Shown: positions 63,045-64,000 of the stretch, piece after piece
Layout: the number at the start of each line of letters is the position of its first letter
Numbering within the stretch: the stretch's first letter is position 1
Assembly (NCBI GenBank): GCA_902623735.1
Contig: CACNUU010000001.1
Location: forward strand, 93,286-157,285
Length of the DNA stretch: 64,000 nt
Reading direction: 5' to 3'
Source: an uncultured Pelagibacteraceae bacterium
Lineage (GTDB): Bacteria; Pseudomonadota; Alphaproteobacteria; Pelagibacterales; Pelagibacteraceae
Notes under the pieces: generated by a model
The model's input: only the letters and a program-made list of their open reading frames with translations
What the model was told of the DNA's origin: nothing
Database searches by the model: none
Made by a program: the position numbers and the translations under genes

Positions 63045-64000
63045 CTATTTTAAAAAAACGTCTGTTTTATTTATGTTTTCCCATGAAAAAGCTCCATCTT
63101 TTTCGGGAACTCTTCCAAAATGACCATAGGCTGAGGTTTTTTCATAAATTGCTTTATTCAAATTAAGCATTTCTCTTATACCCCTAGGACTTAAATCAAA
63201 ATTATCTCTAATTTTATCTACTACAAATTTATTCTTGTCTTTATCATCATCAAAAAGATCAACATAAATAGATAAGGGTTTTGAAACACCGATTGCATAA
63301 GCCAATTGTATTAAACACTTATCCGCAATTCGTGAAGCAACAATATTTTTAGCTATATATCTAGCTGCATAAGCAGCAGATCTATCAACTTTTGTTGGAT
63401 CTTTTCCAGAGAATGCTCCTCCACCATGCGGAGCAGCTCCACCATAAGTATCAACTATTATTTTCCGACCAGTCAATCCACAATCTCCATCTGGCCCACC
63501 AATCACAAAATTTCCTGTTGGATTTACATAAAACTCGTCATCATCAAAATCCTCCATAAAATTTTTTGGAATAGTTTCCATCATGTATGGCCTTAACAAT
63601 TCTCTTACTTCTTTTTGGCTAACATCCGCTGAATGTTGAGAAGATATTACAACAGATCTTACTTTCGATGGTTTACCGTTTTTATATTCAAAAGTTACCT
63701 GACTTTTTGAGTCAGGTTCTATATTCTTTAATTTTCCAAGTTTTCTATCTTCAGCCATTCTTCTCAAAATCTTATGAGAATAATGTATAGGTGCGGGCAT
63801 TAAAACGTCTGTTTCATTACAAGCATAACCAAACATTATTCCTTGATCACCAGCGCCTTCGTCCTTATTACCTGAAGAGTCTACACCCATTGCAATGTCA
63901 GTTGATTGAGAATGAAGATGACTCTCAATTTTTGTTGCTTCCTTCCAAGTAAATCCTTTTTGATCATAGCCAATATCTTTAATGCATTCTCTTACTTTAC
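63045..64000 (-). CDS. metK: S-adenosylmethionine synthetase, 5'-truncated by window edge
   Basis: [47 protein letters not shown]; the frame stays open to the window end. Confidence 0.98.
   Translation of the reverse strand, partial: KVRECIKDIGYDQKGFTWKEATKIESHLHSQSTDIAMGVDSSGNKDEGAGDQGIMFGYACNETDVLMPAPIHYSHKILRRMAEDRKLGKLKNIEPDSKSQVTFEYKNGKPSKVRSVVISSQHSADVSQKEVRELLRPYMMETIPKNFMEDFDDDEFYVNPTGNFVIGGPDGDCGLTGRKIIVDTYGGAAPHGGGAFSGKDPTKVDRSAAYAARYIAKNIVASRIADKCLIQLAYAIGVSKPLSIYVDLFDDDKDKNKFVVDKIRDNFDLSPRGIREMLNLNKAIYEKTSAYGHFGRVPEKDGAFSWENINKTDVFLK

Overview
Very AT-rich, extremely gene-dense alphaproteobacterial DNA. Gene content, tiny or negative intergenic distances and protein sequences point to a streamlined SAR11 (Pelagibacteraceae)-like chromosome; this is inference, not a database result. 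Almost all of it is core housekeeping, in window order: lepA-pheTS-rplT-rpmI-infC-thrS, gltBD, aceEF, a thiolase, helicase-terB-fdxA-carD, argH-lysA, dnaN-dnaA-rpsT-mutM, ubiEB-coaBC-dut, fabABI and pnp-rpsO-rbfA-infB-nusA-metK, plus tRNA-Arg(ACG) and tRNA-Leu(CAA). I saw no integrase, IS, prophage or CRISPR. The most interesting signals lie below the ORF-track cutoff. (1) A complete stand-alone transcription unit (30922-31140, minus strand) encodes a 25-aa peptide made only of Met/Ala/Lys/Arg (MAKRRKKAKKAKKKAKKKAKKRRRR). It has its own TTGACA promoter, Shine-Dalgarno and strand-specific terminator, plus a palindrome of two GANTC (TGATTCG) sites, making it a candidate cell-cycle-regulated protamine/histone-H1-like microprotein facing a CarD with a lysine-rich extension. 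(2) An irr-linked katG / 2OG-Fe(II) dioxygenase / DUF2061-like operon has a near-consensus iron control element inside its promoter. (3) The pyruvate dehydrogenase E1 carries its own lipoyl domain. (4) There are several further unannotated small ORFs and cis-elements, including an orphan rimP-leader terminator before nusA and nested inverted repeats before gltD.
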